Assembly: GCA_002269645.1 (NCBI GenBank)
Contig: NIVC01001440.1
Span: 1-53,571 of the forward strand
From: Macrostomum lignano
Lineage: Eukaryota
Length of the DNA: 53,571 nucleotides
Direction of reading: 5' to 3'
Shown here one piece after another: positions 37,665 to 50,518 of the stretch. Position numbers and translations under genes: made by a program. The notes beneath the pieces are model-generated. The model saw only the letters and a program-made list of their open reading frames with translations, ran no database searches and was not told where the DNA came from. Position 1 is the stretch's first letter. Every line of letters begins with the position of its first letter.

Positions 37665-37880
37665 GCAAATTGTAAACAATCTAGATGAAATTGTAGATCT
37701 ATAGTAGCGTATAGACATTTAAAATCTATAAACAATCTATTATAAATGAATCTATAAATCTACAGTAGCCTATAGACATTTGAAATCTGTAAACAATCTA
37801 GATGAATCTGTAGATCTACAGTAGCCTATAGACATTTGACATCTGTAAACAGATAGATGACATCTGTCTATCCATCTGTA
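37665..37880. repeat. Degenerate tandem repeat, about 57-62 bp unit, about 3 copies
   Basis: tgtagatctacagtagcctatagacatttgaaatctgtaaacaatctagatgaa. Confidence 0.8.
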
Positions 37881-37942
37881 GATGCCCAACCGACCAAACT
37901 TTCATTTTCCCCAGCCAGGCACCCAGACCCCGGAACCAGGTC

Positions 37943-40900
37943 ATGTTGTTCTTCACCTCAGACCAGTGCAGCGAGGCGGAGGTGAACCAGACGATGGAGC
38001 AGCACGATCACAGCTACCTCCGTGTTGAGCAGTCCAACAGTTTCGTCATCCTGCCCATATCGCTGGTCGCCTTGCTGCTCAACTCGCTGTCTCTGGTCGT
38101 CTTTGCCAGGCAGAAGTTCGACAACAAAGCTGTCCGATTCTCGCTGCTGTCCATCTCCAGCACCGAGGTCTGTCTGCAGCTGGCCCTGATCTCGGAGATC
38201 GCCATCGTCAAGAGCTACTTTGAGCACCGGCACAGCCCCGCCGCCTTTGCCGTCACCAGCTGCATCCATGTGGCAATTAACGCTCTGGTGTCCATCCGGA
38301 ACTGGAATCTGCTGCTGATCAGCGCTGCTCGGTGCGAGGTGAGGCGCCTGATTGGGTGTTTGATGAGCTCTATATTGTATCCCGGTAACTAGGCGCTGGA
38401 GTTCAGATCCCCTTGAAGATTTCAGATCCCCTTGTAGATTTCAAATCCCCTTGTGTATTTCAGATCCCCTTGTAGATTTCAGATTCCCTTGTAGATATCA
38501 GTTCCCCTTGTAGATTTCAGATCCCCTTGTAGATTTCAGATCCTCTTGTAGATATCAGTTTCCCTTGTAAATTTCAGATCCTCTTGTAGATTTCAGATCC
38601 CCTTGTAGATATCAGATCCCCTTGTAGATATCAGTTCCCCTTGTAGATTTCAGATCCCCTTGTAGATTTCAGATCCCCTTGTAGATAGTTCCCCTTGTAG
38701 ATTTCAGATCCCCTTGTAGATATCAGATCCCCTTGTAGATTTCAGATCACCTTGTAGATATCAGTTCCCCTTTTAGAGTTCAGATCCCCTTGTAGATTTC
38801 AGATCCCCTTGTAGATATCAGTTCCCCTTGTAGATTTCAGATCCCCTTGTAGATTTCAGATCCCCTTGTAGATATCAGTTCCCCTTGTAGATTTCAGATC
38901 CCCTTGTAGATTTCAGATCCCCTTGTAGATATCAGTTCCCCTTGTAGATTTCAGATCCCTTTGTAGATATCAGATCCCCTTGTAGATATCAGATCCCCTT
39001 GTAGATTTCAGATCCTCTTGTAGATTTCAGATCCCCTTGTGTATTTCAGATCCCCTTGTTGATTTCAGATTCCCTTGTAGATATCAGTTCGCCTTGTAGA
39101 TTTCAGATCCCCGTGTCGATTTCAGATCCTCTTTTTATACGCTGGCTTAGATGCATCATGCAAAAACAAGCTGCAGGAACTCTGGGGCGCTCTGTTGGGC
39201 AGCTTTCATCATCCCGACATCTCATCACCGGATGGGAAATCGCTAGGGGTGATGAGAGGGGCTCAGGATGGTAAGAAATGAGAATTTTTATTCATCAGCT
39301 CAGGATGTCCCCTCGTCGGCAGTCACCTGACATCAATCTGACTAAAAAAAGTTATTAACAAATTCTTTGGACTAAAATACCTTTGCTTTCAGCCAGATCA
39401 GCAAAGGAAATTAGGTGAGGCAGACGCGGTGTTATAAAATCCTCGGATTTCATTTTGCTCCGCAATTCTACAAAAAAATTGTTGCGTTGGCAGTAGTCGC
39501 AGCTCAGCTTGATTGACTGACTGACTGACTCACTGACTGACTGACTGACTGACTGACTGACTGACTGACTGACTGACTGACTGACTGACTGACTGACTGA
39601 CTGACTGACTGACTGACTGACTGACTGACTGACTGACTGACTGACTGACTGACTGACTGACTGACTGACTGACTGACTGACTGACTGACTGACTGACTGA
39701 CTGACTGACTGACTGACTGACTGACTGACTGACTGACTGACTGACTGACTGACTGACTGACTGACTGACTGACTGACTGACTGACTGACTGACTGACTGA
39801 CTGACTGACTGACTGACTGACTGACTGACTGACTGACTGACTGACTGACTGACTGACTGACTGACTGACTGACTGACTGACTGACTGACTGACTGACTGA
39901 CTGACTGACTGACTGACTACTGTTCTCCCGTCAATCCGCAGGTGGTGGCGAGGCCACTCGCATCCCGGCGCTGCCTGATCTTCAGTCGCGGCCGCCTCGC
40001 CCTCGCCTTTGGCAGCATCATCGTCCTCGCCTTCGCTCTGGCTTTGCTGGCCGCCCTGGCCGACAAGGGCGTGCTGTGCAGCAACTCGGCCGAGCTGCTG
40101 GCTGTTGAGAACGAGCTCATGTCCGGCCGGCCCGGCCGCGTGTTCAAGGTTTGTCACCCTCACTGGGGAACTGGAGTACCTTTCCCTCCTGTGATAAGAA
40201 ATATCTATCTGTAGATACCCATTTGGAGATACCCATCTGGAGATACACATCTAGAAATACTCATCTGGAGATACACATCTAACTGGGAAAGGCTCTAATT
40301 TACACCATTGTTATTCAACTCGCTCACCCACCCAGGTGCCCGGAGACTCCGTGGTGGTGATCAGATCCCTGCTGCAAACGAACTGGACCGAGTGGGCGAT
40401 CTACGTGTTTCAATCCCTGATCCCAACCGTGCTAATTCCCTTCCCAACTGGGATCATGTGGGTCAGAATTCGCTGCCGCCAGCCTGCGCTGCCTCAGTCC
40501 GCTGATGAGCCAACTGAGGCACCGGGAGACACCGGGAGAAGCCGTCACGCGGCGGTCAGGACGAAAATCGCCGGGGGATCGAAGCTGACCTCGCAGCGAG
40601 CCAGCCAGATGGTGCTGGGCTTGGCCATCCTGTTCTGCATCTGCGAGATCCCCACCTTCGTGTCCACCACAGTGCTGCTGCACCACCCCGACCTGCCGGA
40701 TCGGCTGCCGTTCCACCCGGACAGCGTCACGAACGTCCTGCTGGTCATCGACTCCGTGCTCAACTTCTTCGTCTACGCGGCTTCGTCAGCAAAGTTCCGG
40801 TCGGACTTGGCCGGTCGCTGCTGCTGCTGGTGCCGGCGGGATGAGCGGCTGCAGCAGCGACAGCAGCAGCAGCTCGGACTCCTGCCCGTGCAGCAGCTGG

Positions 40901-40953
40901 CGAGGTCGAGGTCTCCATCGCCGGCGAAGTCGCACGAGTCCCTGCGCGGCTGA
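37943..40953 (+). CDS. Orphan rhodopsin-class (peptide-receptor-like) GPCR, about 406 aa, 3 exons
   Basis: Exons 37943-38338, 39942-40148 and 40336-40953, with phase-0 GT-AG introns. Seven hydrophobic segments: TM1 LLLNSLSLVVF, TM3 end RNWNLLLISAARCEVVARPL, TM6 LAILFCICEIP, TM7 DSVLNFFVY, helix 8 SAKFR followed by a Cys cluster. Confidence 0.88.
38400..39128. repeat. Minisatellite, 19-bp unit, GPCR intron 1
   Basis: tttcagatccccttgtaga. Confidence 0.96.
39513..39918. repeat. (GACT)n microsatellite ending about 23 nt before the GPCR exon 2 acceptor
   Basis: About 100 copies. Confidence 0.98.
40205..40285. repeat. Short degenerate 15-bp repeat in GPCR intron 2
   Basis: agatacccatctgg(a). Confidence 0.75.
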
Positions 40954-41334
40954 CTCTCGCGCCACAAACCCTTGTCGGCCAGCTTCCCAAGACATGCCGG
41001 ATGGCCAGCCTGGCGATTAGAAAGTCAGCCTCGCAGTACAGCGCTGCTTGTTTGGGACGATGCCGCTAAAGGAGAGACGAAGTAAGAGCATAAGCAATCC
41101 ATCCATAATATTCCTTTACCAACGTCACAAGTGACAAGTTATCAAGAGCTTTCACCACGAAATTTTCTCGAATTTTAATTGCATACACTTTTGCTGCATT
41201 TGTTATTGGCCCATTGTAAATGTGCCGCTGTGCGTGTGTGATGCAACACTGCAATGCTATTTAAGACATGATTATTATCCAAAGATATTAGCTCCACCCA
41301 TCACCCCTCCATTATCCCTTTCAACTCCCCTCTG

Positions 41335-41560
41335 CCACCCCTCCGACACCCCTCCGACACCCCCGGACACCCTTCCGACACCCCTCCGACACACTTCCGA
41401 CACCACTCCGACACCCCTCCGACACCCCCGGACACCCTTCCGACACCCCTCCGACACCCTTCCGACACCCCTCCGACACCCCTACGACATCCTTGCATCG
41501 CCCCTCCGACAGCCCTCCGACATCTCTCCGACAGCTCTCCGACTACCCCCCCCGACACCC
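41335..41560. repeat. C-rich minisatellite, 11-bp unit
   Basis: ccctccgacac. Confidence 0.9.
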
Positions 41561-42032
41561 CACTATGCAAAAACTGCATCCTCAGGGGCCTCACCTTTAC
41601 TAATTAATTTTTTCCCTCATTTTAAATCCTACCAGCACAGCGTTAATCCTGTTTGCTCTCTCACCCTCTAGGAGCAATCAAACTCTGCAGCAGAAGAATT
41701 TCCTGTCGCAATCTCGCTTCAACACGAATTTGCTTTTCTCTGCAATTGAATTTTCTCGCGTTTTCGAAGCTCAACTTGAGCAACTGCAGTTGCTGTGGGC
41801 TCAAAAGGAACTCGAAAAATTGCTTGCACTATCTTTGCTATGTACCGAAATCCGTTTGCTTCTTTTGCATGATGTCCACTGTTCATTATCAAATACATTG
41901 AAAATATTTAGTCTGAACTTACCTATGGGTTTTTATTTCCGTCACAGTTTGTCACAGTCACAGTCTGTGAGAAGCATGTAAACAGTGCATTTTTAAACAT
42001 TGCTGCATATGAAATTAAACAAATGGAACGCA

Positions 42033-43425
42033 AGCAGAAACAGAAACAGAAACAGAAACAGAAACAGAAACAGAAACATAAACAGAAACAGAAACAGAAA
42101 TAGAAACACAGAAACAGAAACAGAAACAGAAACAGAAACAGAAACAGAAACAGAAACAGAAACAGAAACAGAAACATAAACAGAAACAGAAACAGAAATA
42201 GAAACACAGAAACAGAAACAGAAACAGAAACAGAAACAGAAACAGAAACAGAAACAGAAACAGAAACAGAAACAGAAACAGAAATAGAACCAGAAACAGA
42301 AACAGAAACAGAAACAGAAACAGAAACAGAAACAGAAACAGAAACAGAAATAGAAACAGAAACAGAAACAGAAACAGAAACAGAAACAGAAACAGAAACA
42401 GAAACAGAAACAGAAACAGAAACAGAAACAGAAACAGAAACAGAAAAAGAAACAGAAACAGAAACAGAAACAGAAACAGAAATAGAAACAGAAACAGAAA
42501 CAGAAACAGAAACAGAAACAGAAACAGAAACAGAAACAGAAACAGAAACAGAAATAGAAACAGAAACAGAAATAGAAACAGAAACAGAAGCAGAAACAGA
42601 AATAGAAACAGAAACAGAAATAGAAACAGAAACAGAAACAGAAATAGAAACAGAAACAGAAATAGAAACAGAAACAGAAACAGAAACAGAAATAGAAACA
42701 GAAACAGAAATAGAAACAGAAACAGAAACAGAAACAGAAACAGAAACAGAAATAGAAACAGAAACAGAAACAGAAACAGAAACAGAAACAGAAACAGAAA
42801 CAGAAACAGAAACAGAAACAGAAACAGAAAAAGAAACAGAAACAGAAACAGAAACAGAAACAGAAATAGAAACAGAAACAGAAACAGAAACAGAAACAGA
42901 AACAGAAACAGAAACAGAAACAGAAACAGAAACAGAAATAGAAACAGAAACAGAAATAGAAACAGAAACAGAAGCAGAAACAGAAATAGAAACAGAAACA
43001 GAAATAGAAACAGAAACAGAAACAGAAATAGAAACAGAAACAGAAATAGAAACAGAAACAGAAACAGAAACAGAAACAGAAATAGAAACAGAAACAGAAG
43101 CAGAAATAGAAATAGAAACAGAAACAGAAACAGAAACAGAAACAGAAACAGAAATAGAAACAGAAACAGAAATAGAAACAGAAACAGAAGCAGAAACAGA
43201 AATAGAAACAGAAACAGAAATAGAAACAGAAACAGAAATAGAAACAGAAACAGAAACAGAAACAGAAATAGAAACAGAAACAGAAACAGAAACAGAAACA
43301 GAAACAGAAACAGAAACAGAAATAGAAACAGAAACAGAAACAGAAATAGAAACAGAAATAGAAACAGAAACAGAAACAGAAACAGAAACAGAAAAAGCAA
43401 TAGAAACAGAAACAGATGCAGAAAC
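42033..43425. repeat. (AGAAAC)n hexamer array, about 1.4 kb
   Basis: Direct inspection; AGAAAT variants. Confidence 0.98.
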
Positions 43426-44019
43426 AGACAGAAGAAAGCACAGCGGGGCGGGGTATCATAGTTTCATATGTGCTCATATCTTACTGCAGCCCAGCTCTCT
43501 TTCCAATTTGCTTTGACGTGATGCGCAGAGCTGCTGGCCAAAACTGAAATCATCCATACAGACTCCATCCGTCCAAATGCCATCCAGACTCGCCGTCGGA
43601 GACAGCCGCTTAGCCCAGTCAAATGCAGCTGCGATTTCGAAAATTCACATCATCAGGGCACCGCCAGGCATCTGGCCAGCGGGTTGGGAAGCAAGGGGCT
43701 CGGAAGGAGCGCCAGAGCCTACCCTGCAATTTCCCGCCAAAGATTCCCACCCTCTGATAACGGAGCAGCCGGCCTTCTCTATGCAAATGCGCGAATCTGT
43801 TTTATTTGACGTGTTTTTTGAAGTGTCACTTTTTGCTGCTCCTGGAGAGCCTGAGATTCACCCTGTCATTATGTTTTACCTGTCCCAGCCCTACAATTAA
43901 TTATCACTGCCTTGCTTACGGCAGCCTGCGTATTAGCAATCTACTCATCTATCTTACCTATCTACGAACTACGAGAGGTATGGGTATGGGTCATTACCTT
44001 TTGGACACCCCAATACTAA

Positions 44020-44440
44020 TCTGCCTTACATTCTACCCATCTATCTAATACTCGAATCATCTACCTACCAATCTTAGCTGTACCAATCTCTCCATCTGCC
44101 TACTAATTTTACCTATCTACATTACCTATCTATCTATCTATCTACCTACCAATTTACCCATCTACCTATCAATCTACCTATCTACCTACCAATCTTAGCT
44201 GTACCAATCTATCCATCTGCCTACTAATTTTACCTATCTACATTATCTATCTATCTACCTATCTACCTACCAACTTTACCCATCTACCTATCAATCTACC
44301 TGTCTACCTACCAATATACCCATCTACGAGCCGTGCCTATCAATATTACCCATCTACCTACCAATTTACCAATCTACCTATCAATCTACCTATCTACCTA
44401 CCAATCCACCTATCTACCTACCAATCTACCAATCTACAAA
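44020..44440. repeat. Degenerate atctacctacc repeat with an internal duplication of about 120 bp
   Basis: Direct inspection. Confidence 0.85.
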
Positions 44441-45311
44441 AACAATCATTCTACTAGTAATATTACCGAGTCTCCCATCTCCCATGTACTTGAAATCTAA
44501 TAAATTGACCCAATATGTGTTTGACCCAATCGGTAATTATGATTAGATCCAAGCGTTGCCAAGCAGGAGTGCAAGTGCGTCAGGGAATAAGCCAGTACTA
44601 TCAGATCCGATCAACCAAGACAGGAATTACGAGTTGGGAAATGAGGTTGGGAATTAGGATCTGAGTCTGCGCTGCCTTCGTCCTCTAACTCAGGTTTTTG
44701 CGGAGCTGTCAGGATAGAGGCTGTCCACTGTCCCCGGGGATCATGAGTACAAGTTCACGGTTTATTAAGATTCACACTTCGTAGGGATATTATAAATCAT
44801 CCAGTCTGCCTCATACAGTTCGATAAGCTATTGGGTCGATTTTTGCTCTGTCACACCTTGTCTGGTTATTAGTGTCCATTTTTTTCGTTTGAGTTCGTGA
44901 CAAAAAGTCTGGGAGAAAGAGGGGCGAACTGGCTGCTAAAGTATGAATGATGAAAGATGAAGCCTAGGGATGCTGGAGACTGTTTTGCTTTGGCGCACAC
45001 CAGTGGTCTTGTAGCATAAACACTTGAGCAGTTGGAGAGGCTCCCCGGCCTGAGCTGTGCCGTCTCTCTTTCTCTCTCTCTCCCTGCCCAGCTGCTGTCT
45101 CTCTCAGGCAGTTTTGGCTAATTTATTCAACTGCCAGAACTAAATAATTTGCTCTTGTTCAGCTGCTCTTTGTTAGCGTTCTTTCTCTAAAGCTTAACGA
45201 ATTATTAAACTGTATAGGAATTTTGTGATTCTAAAATGTTATTTCTCACTGCTTTCTCTCTTTACAAAATGCTTCTTGAACTTTTGAGCTGGGTTCATCG
45301 CCTCAGCTGGA

Positions 45312-46715
45312 GGGTGAGGAGGGTAGGAGAAGGGAGGGTAGGAGAGGGGAATGTAGGAGAAGGGAGGGTAGGAGAGGGGAGGGTAGGAGAGGGGAGGGTA
45401 GGAGAGGGGAGGGTAGGAGAAGGGAGGGTAAGAGAGGGGAGGGTAGGAGAGGGGAGGGTAGGAGAAGGGAGGGTGAGAGAGAGGAGGGTAGGAGAGAGAG
45501 GAGGGTAGAAGAGGGGAGGGTAGGAGAGGGGAGGGTAGGATAGAGGGGTGGGTAAGAGACAGGAGCGTAGGAGAGAGAGGAGGGTAGGAGAGGGGAGGGT
45601 AGGAGAGGGGATGGTAGGAGAGGGGAGGGTAAGAGAGAGGAGGGTAGGAGAGAGGGGAGGGTAGGATAGAGGGGAGGGTAGGATAGAGGGGAGGGTAGGA
45701 TAGAGGGAAGGGTAAGAGACAGGAGCGTAGGAGAGAGGGGAGGGTAGGAGAGGGGAGGGTAGGAAAGAGTAGACGGTAGGAGAGAGGGGAGGATAGGAGA
45801 TAGAGGGTAGGAGACAGAAGGGTAGGAGATTGGAGGATAGGAGATAGAGGGTAGGAGAGAAGGGAGGGTAGGAGATTGGAGGATAGGAGATTGGAGGATA
45901 GGAGATTGGAGGATAGGAGATTGGAGGATAGGAGATTGGAGGATAGGAGATTGGAGGATAGGAGATTGGAGGATAGGAGATTGGAGGATAGGAGATTGGA
46001 GGATAGGAGATTGGAGGATAGGAGATTGGAGGGTATGAGATTGGAGGGTAGGAGATTGGAGGATAGGAGATTGGAGGATAGGAGATAGAGGGTAGGAGAT
46101 TGGAGGATAGGAGATTGGAGGATAGGAGATAGAGGGTAGGAGAGAAGAGAGGGTAGGAGACGGAAGGGTAGGACATTGGAGGATAGGAGATTGGAGGATA
46201 GGAGATTGGAGGATAGGAGATTGGAGGATAGGAGATCGGAGGATAGGAGATTGGAGGATAGGAGATTGGAGGATAGGAGATTGGAGGATAGGAGATTGGA
46301 GGATAGGAGATTGGAGGATAGGAGATAGAGGGTAGGAGAGAAGAGAGGGTAGGAGACGGAAGGGTAGGACATTGGAGGATAGGAGATTGGAGGATAGGAG
46401 ATTGGAGGATAGGAGACTGGAGGATAGGAGATTGGAGGATATGATTGGAGGATAGGAGATTGGAGGATAGGAGATTGGAGGATAGGAGATTGGAGGATAG
46501 GAGATTGGAGGATAGGAGATTGGAGGATAGGAGATTGGAGGATAGGAGATTGGAGGATAGGAGATTGGAGGATAGGAGATTGGAGGATAGGAGATTGGAG
46601 GATAGGAGATTGGAGGATAGGAGATTGGAGGATAGGAGATTGGAGGATAGGAGATTGGAGGATAGGAGATTGGAGGATAGGAGATTGGAGGATAGGAGAT
46701 TGGAGGATAGGAGAT
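45312..46715. repeat. Purine-rich two-domain 15-bp array
   Basis: ggagaggggagggta grading into ggagattggaggata. Confidence 0.96.
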
Positions 46716-47387
46716 TGGAGGATAGAAGAGAGGTGCAGTGTCAGGGCGCAGGGAAGAGAGAGTGAGGACAAGGTGAGTGAGATGGCTCACAGATTGGAGA
46801 CGAGATAGCCGCCAGTGAAGAGTTGCGACATGGCAAGAATGAAGCGCAGTGCCTGTATGAAGATGAGTGCCGAATGGTCAGAGAAAGAGGGAGGCAGGAA
46901 TATACGAAAGAAGCAACAGGTGAGAATGTGAGCACAATGAATGGACAAAGCAAACGGGAGAGGCCGGTGGCTTGGCAATCTGCATCTGAGTTTAATGTTT
47001 CATAAACACTTTTGTGCCAGTCTTCACTTTATGCAGCGGGTTATTAGGGCTGTTTGCAGTGAACCAGTGCTCAGTTAATGTGCTTTTTTTACAGCGAGCG
47101 GCGCTTATTATGAATTTTTTTGCACAACCAATTAGAGTTTACACCGGAGAGAAAAAAGTATATATTGTTTGGCATCAAATGCTTTGAGGTCTCTCTCTGC
47201 AGAGTCAAGAATAAATCTGCTGCCTCACCATTGGCGTTTCACGGCAGGTGAAGACGCTTAATCAGATAATTTGAAATGCCTGTCACGGTGAAGGATGTGC
47301 AGAAGGTGAGAGAGAGAGAGAGAGATTGACAGGTGCTGCAATTTTCTGGTCAATGATTCTCATGATTCACTAGCCACCAGTCCCCTT

Positions 47388-47850
47388 TTCATGTTCTTTT
47401 CATGTATTACCAGCCCTTCTTTTTATATTCTTGTCATGTGCTATAAGTCCTCATATTCTTGTCATGTGCTACCAGTCCTCCTTTTTATGTTCTTGTCATG
47501 TGCTACCAGTTCTCCTTTTTATGTTCTTGTCATGTGCTACCAGTCCTTCTCATATTCTTGTCATGTGCTACCAGTCCTTCTCATATTCTTGTCATGTGCT
47601 ACCAGCCCTTCTCATATTCTTGTCATGTGCTACCAGTCCTTCTCATATTCTTGTCATGTGCTACCAGTCCTTCTCATATTCTTGTCATGTGCTACCAGCC
47701 CTTCTCATATTCTTGTCATGTGCTACCAGCCCTTCTCATATTCTTGTCATGTGCTACCAGTCCTCCTTTTTATGTTCTTGTCATGTGCTACGAGTCCTTC
47801 TCATATTCTTGTCATGTGCTACCAGTCCTTCTCATGTTCCTGTCACGTGA
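47388..47850. repeat. Minisatellite, 31-bp unit
   Basis: ttcttgtcatgtgctaccagtccttctcata. Confidence 0.95.
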
Positions 47851-47888
47851 CTGAGTTGTTGTCAATCAACCAAAACCTTCAATTTCAG

Positions 47889-49476
47889 CGCCTGAAGCAC
47901 GGCGGCAAACTGCACAACTGCACAGCCCAGACCACCCGCTTTGAGCTGCCCTTCGACTTGAAGCGGCTGGAAGGTGAGGCGTCCGCTAGAATGTGGGACT
48001 TCGGAGAGGCACTGGGAACCTGCATCTCATTCCCTCATCTCAGTCCTTCATCTCATTCTCTCATCGCATTCCCTCATCGCATTCCCTCATCTCAGTTCCT
48101 CATCTCGCATTCCTTCATCTCAGTCCTTCATCTCACGGCCTCTCATCTCAGTCCCTCATCTCAGTCCCTCATCTCAGTCCCTCATCTCAGTCCCTCATCT
48201 CAGTCTCTCATCTCATTCCCTCATCTCAGTCCTTCATCTCATTCCCTCATCTCACAGTCTCTCATCTCAGCCTCTCATCTCAGTCCCTCATCTCAGTCCC
48301 TCATCTCAGTCCCTCATCTCATTCTCTCATCGCATTCCCTCATCGCATTCCCTCATCTCAGTTCCTCATCTCGCAGTCCTTCATCTCATTCCCTCATCTC
48401 ACAGTCTCTCATCTCAGCCTCTCATCTCAGTCCCTCATCTCAGTCCCTCATCTCAGTCCCTCATCTCAGTCTCTCATCTCAGTCCCTCATCTCACAGTCC
48501 CTTATCTCGCAGTTCTTCATCTCAGTCTTTCATCTGAGTCCCTACTCTCACAGAGCAGCTTTCCCCACTCTTAAAAGCTAACAAACTGTGATTGACAGCT
48601 CCGATTTCTAAGGCAGATCTCCCTGCGCAACCTGACCGTCTCTTCGGCAAGCTTTAACGGTTGACTGAGTAGCAGAAAACAGCATTCGAATCGAATTTTG
48701 CGGTCACAAAGCTCTGGAGCTGACTGGGGCTGACTAGAACTGCACTTTAAAGCATATCGTATTTCACGTCCCACTGAAGCCAGGCAGTCGATAGATGTAT
48801 GCGCATAAATTAGAGGGAGGGAATCAGGAAACGATTACTTTTTAGTCCTAAAAAATTCAGGTACTTGATAAAAAAACTGCTCTCCCTCTCTCTCTCTGCG
48901 TTTTTACCATTTGCTAGAAATACGGGTGGTAAAAAATTCTCAGTATTCTACTAAATTCTCTCATCAGTAGTGTGGAACGAAAAAGTAGCCATTTCTATGT
49001 CTATCGCAAAACATTGCCAATCAGGCCTGGACGCCAAGGATTACCTGCGCCAGTACGCCGTGGTGTCCAACAACCGTATCGTGCTGTACCAGCGGCTATT
49101 CCAGAAGTTTCGCAATCCGACAACCAACCTGATCGAGTCCAGGGAGCTGGACAAGTGCATCGGCGACCTGCTGATCGAGGGCAACGTCCCCCGGGACCGG
49201 CTGGCTCAGCTCCGGGACCTGACTGGCACCGCTGATCTCGAGCAGCTCGAGCCACAGCTATTCTACGCGTTCTGCGCCGTTGTTGAAAGGCTGGTCGCTG
49301 GCAAGTCGGCCGGCGCCTGTGGCGGCACACAAAAAGGGAGTACACAGAAACGACTAGGCGATTTGGAAGAGTGCCGGCGGCAGGCGCTGGAATCAGCGGA
49401 CTTTGCCGGCCTGCAGTACAAGCTGCGCGATGTCAACCTCAAGGAAGGACTGGCGCGGCTGCTGGCTGCCTTGTGA
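47889..49476 (+). CDS. Uncharacterised protein, last two exons (5' part not identified)
   Basis: Exon 47889-47973 (tttcag|CGC..GAA G|gtgagg; RLKHGGKLHNCTAQTTRFELPFDLKRLE) joins in phase to exon 49025-49476 (atcag|GC CTG; GLDAKDYLRQYAVVSNNRIVLY..ESADFAGLQYKLRDVNLKEGLARLLAAL*). GC3-rich codon usage like the other genes. Confidence 0.72.
48020..48545. repeat. Minisatellite, about 13-bp unit
   Basis: cagtccctcatct. Confidence 0.94.
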
Positions 49477-49504
49477 CCCGGGGTGTCGGGCGGAGTGATG
49501 CGGG

Positions 49505-49845
49505 TGCCTAGCCATAGACTGGGTTGGCGGAGCGGAGTGAGGTGGGTGTATGGCCATAGATTGGGTTGGCGGAGCGGAGTGAGGTGGATGTATAGCTATA
49601 GACTGGGTTGGAGAGCGGAGTGAGGTGGGTGTCTAGCCATAGACTGGGTTAGCGGAGCGGAGTGAGGTGGGTTCCTAGCCATAGACGGGGTTAGCGGAGC
49701 GGAGTGAGGTGGGTTCCTAGCCATAGACGGGGTTAGCGGAGCGGAGTGAGGTGGGTTCCTAGCCATAGACTGGGTTGGCGAAGCGGAGTGAGGTGGGCGT
49801 ATAAACATAGACTGGGTTGGCGAAGCGAAGTGAGGTGGGTGTGCA
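49505..49845. repeat. Minisatellite, 42-bp unit, about 8 copies
   Basis: agccatagactgggttggcggagcggagtgaggtgggt.. Confidence 0.93.
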
Positions 49846-50357
49846 GCTAATTTTGATTAATTCAGGCATGTTACTATTAACTTTTTCAGTATTTATTTTT
49901 TTCAGTGAATTTCTGCAACAAACTACTTCTGGTTGCGTCAATTACCTCGGTGCAGATGTTGCTCTTAATTTTTATTGAATTAAACCTACATGTGGTGTCT
50001 ATTGTTGGATTGTATCGACGCTGGGTTTAATTTACAGATAGCTATTATCGTATAAGTTGTAAATAAACGTCAATTTATTATTATCTTAAAGCATTCGAGA
50101 ACAATGCATTACACAAAGTACGAGCGTATGTGTTGGCGATAATAAAATGTATTAATTTTGGTTGTTGTACTTGCGTGAAAGAGAAACACAGCAGCCGCTT
50201 ACGCATATGCTTTAAAAACTATTGAAACTTGTATTTCTGAAGCTGAAGATGACCTCTTCGAATCCTTTCTTTTCTAGGAATCTTTCTAACTCGAACCTTT
50301 CATAATAGCATCTTCGAATCTTTCCTATGACCCGATTAAATATTTTCTAAAGAACTT

Positions 50358-50518
50358 CTTCTAATGCATCCTATGCCCTCTTCTAATGCATCCTATGCCC
50401 TCTTCGAATGCATCCTACGCCCTCTTCTAATGCATCCTATGCCCTCTTCGAATGCATCCTACGCCCTCTTCTAATGCATCCTATGCCCTCTTCGAATGCA
50501 TCCTATGCCCTATTCTAA
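50358..50518. repeat. Minisatellite, 22-bp unit
   Basis: ttctaatgcatcctatgccctc. Confidence 0.9.

Noticed and set aside
41993-43477. 494/461-aa FC/FL ORFs
   Set aside because: They are translations of the (AGAAAC)n hexamer repeat.
43577-43900. 107-aa ORF as a possible upstream exon of the 47889-49476 gene
   Set aside because: It has no recognisable motifs, atypical codon usage and no convincing splice link.
45239-46790. About 500-aa SPILQ/YPPIS extensin-like ORFs
   Set aside because: They are translations of a 15-bp purine array in several frames, with no gene structure.
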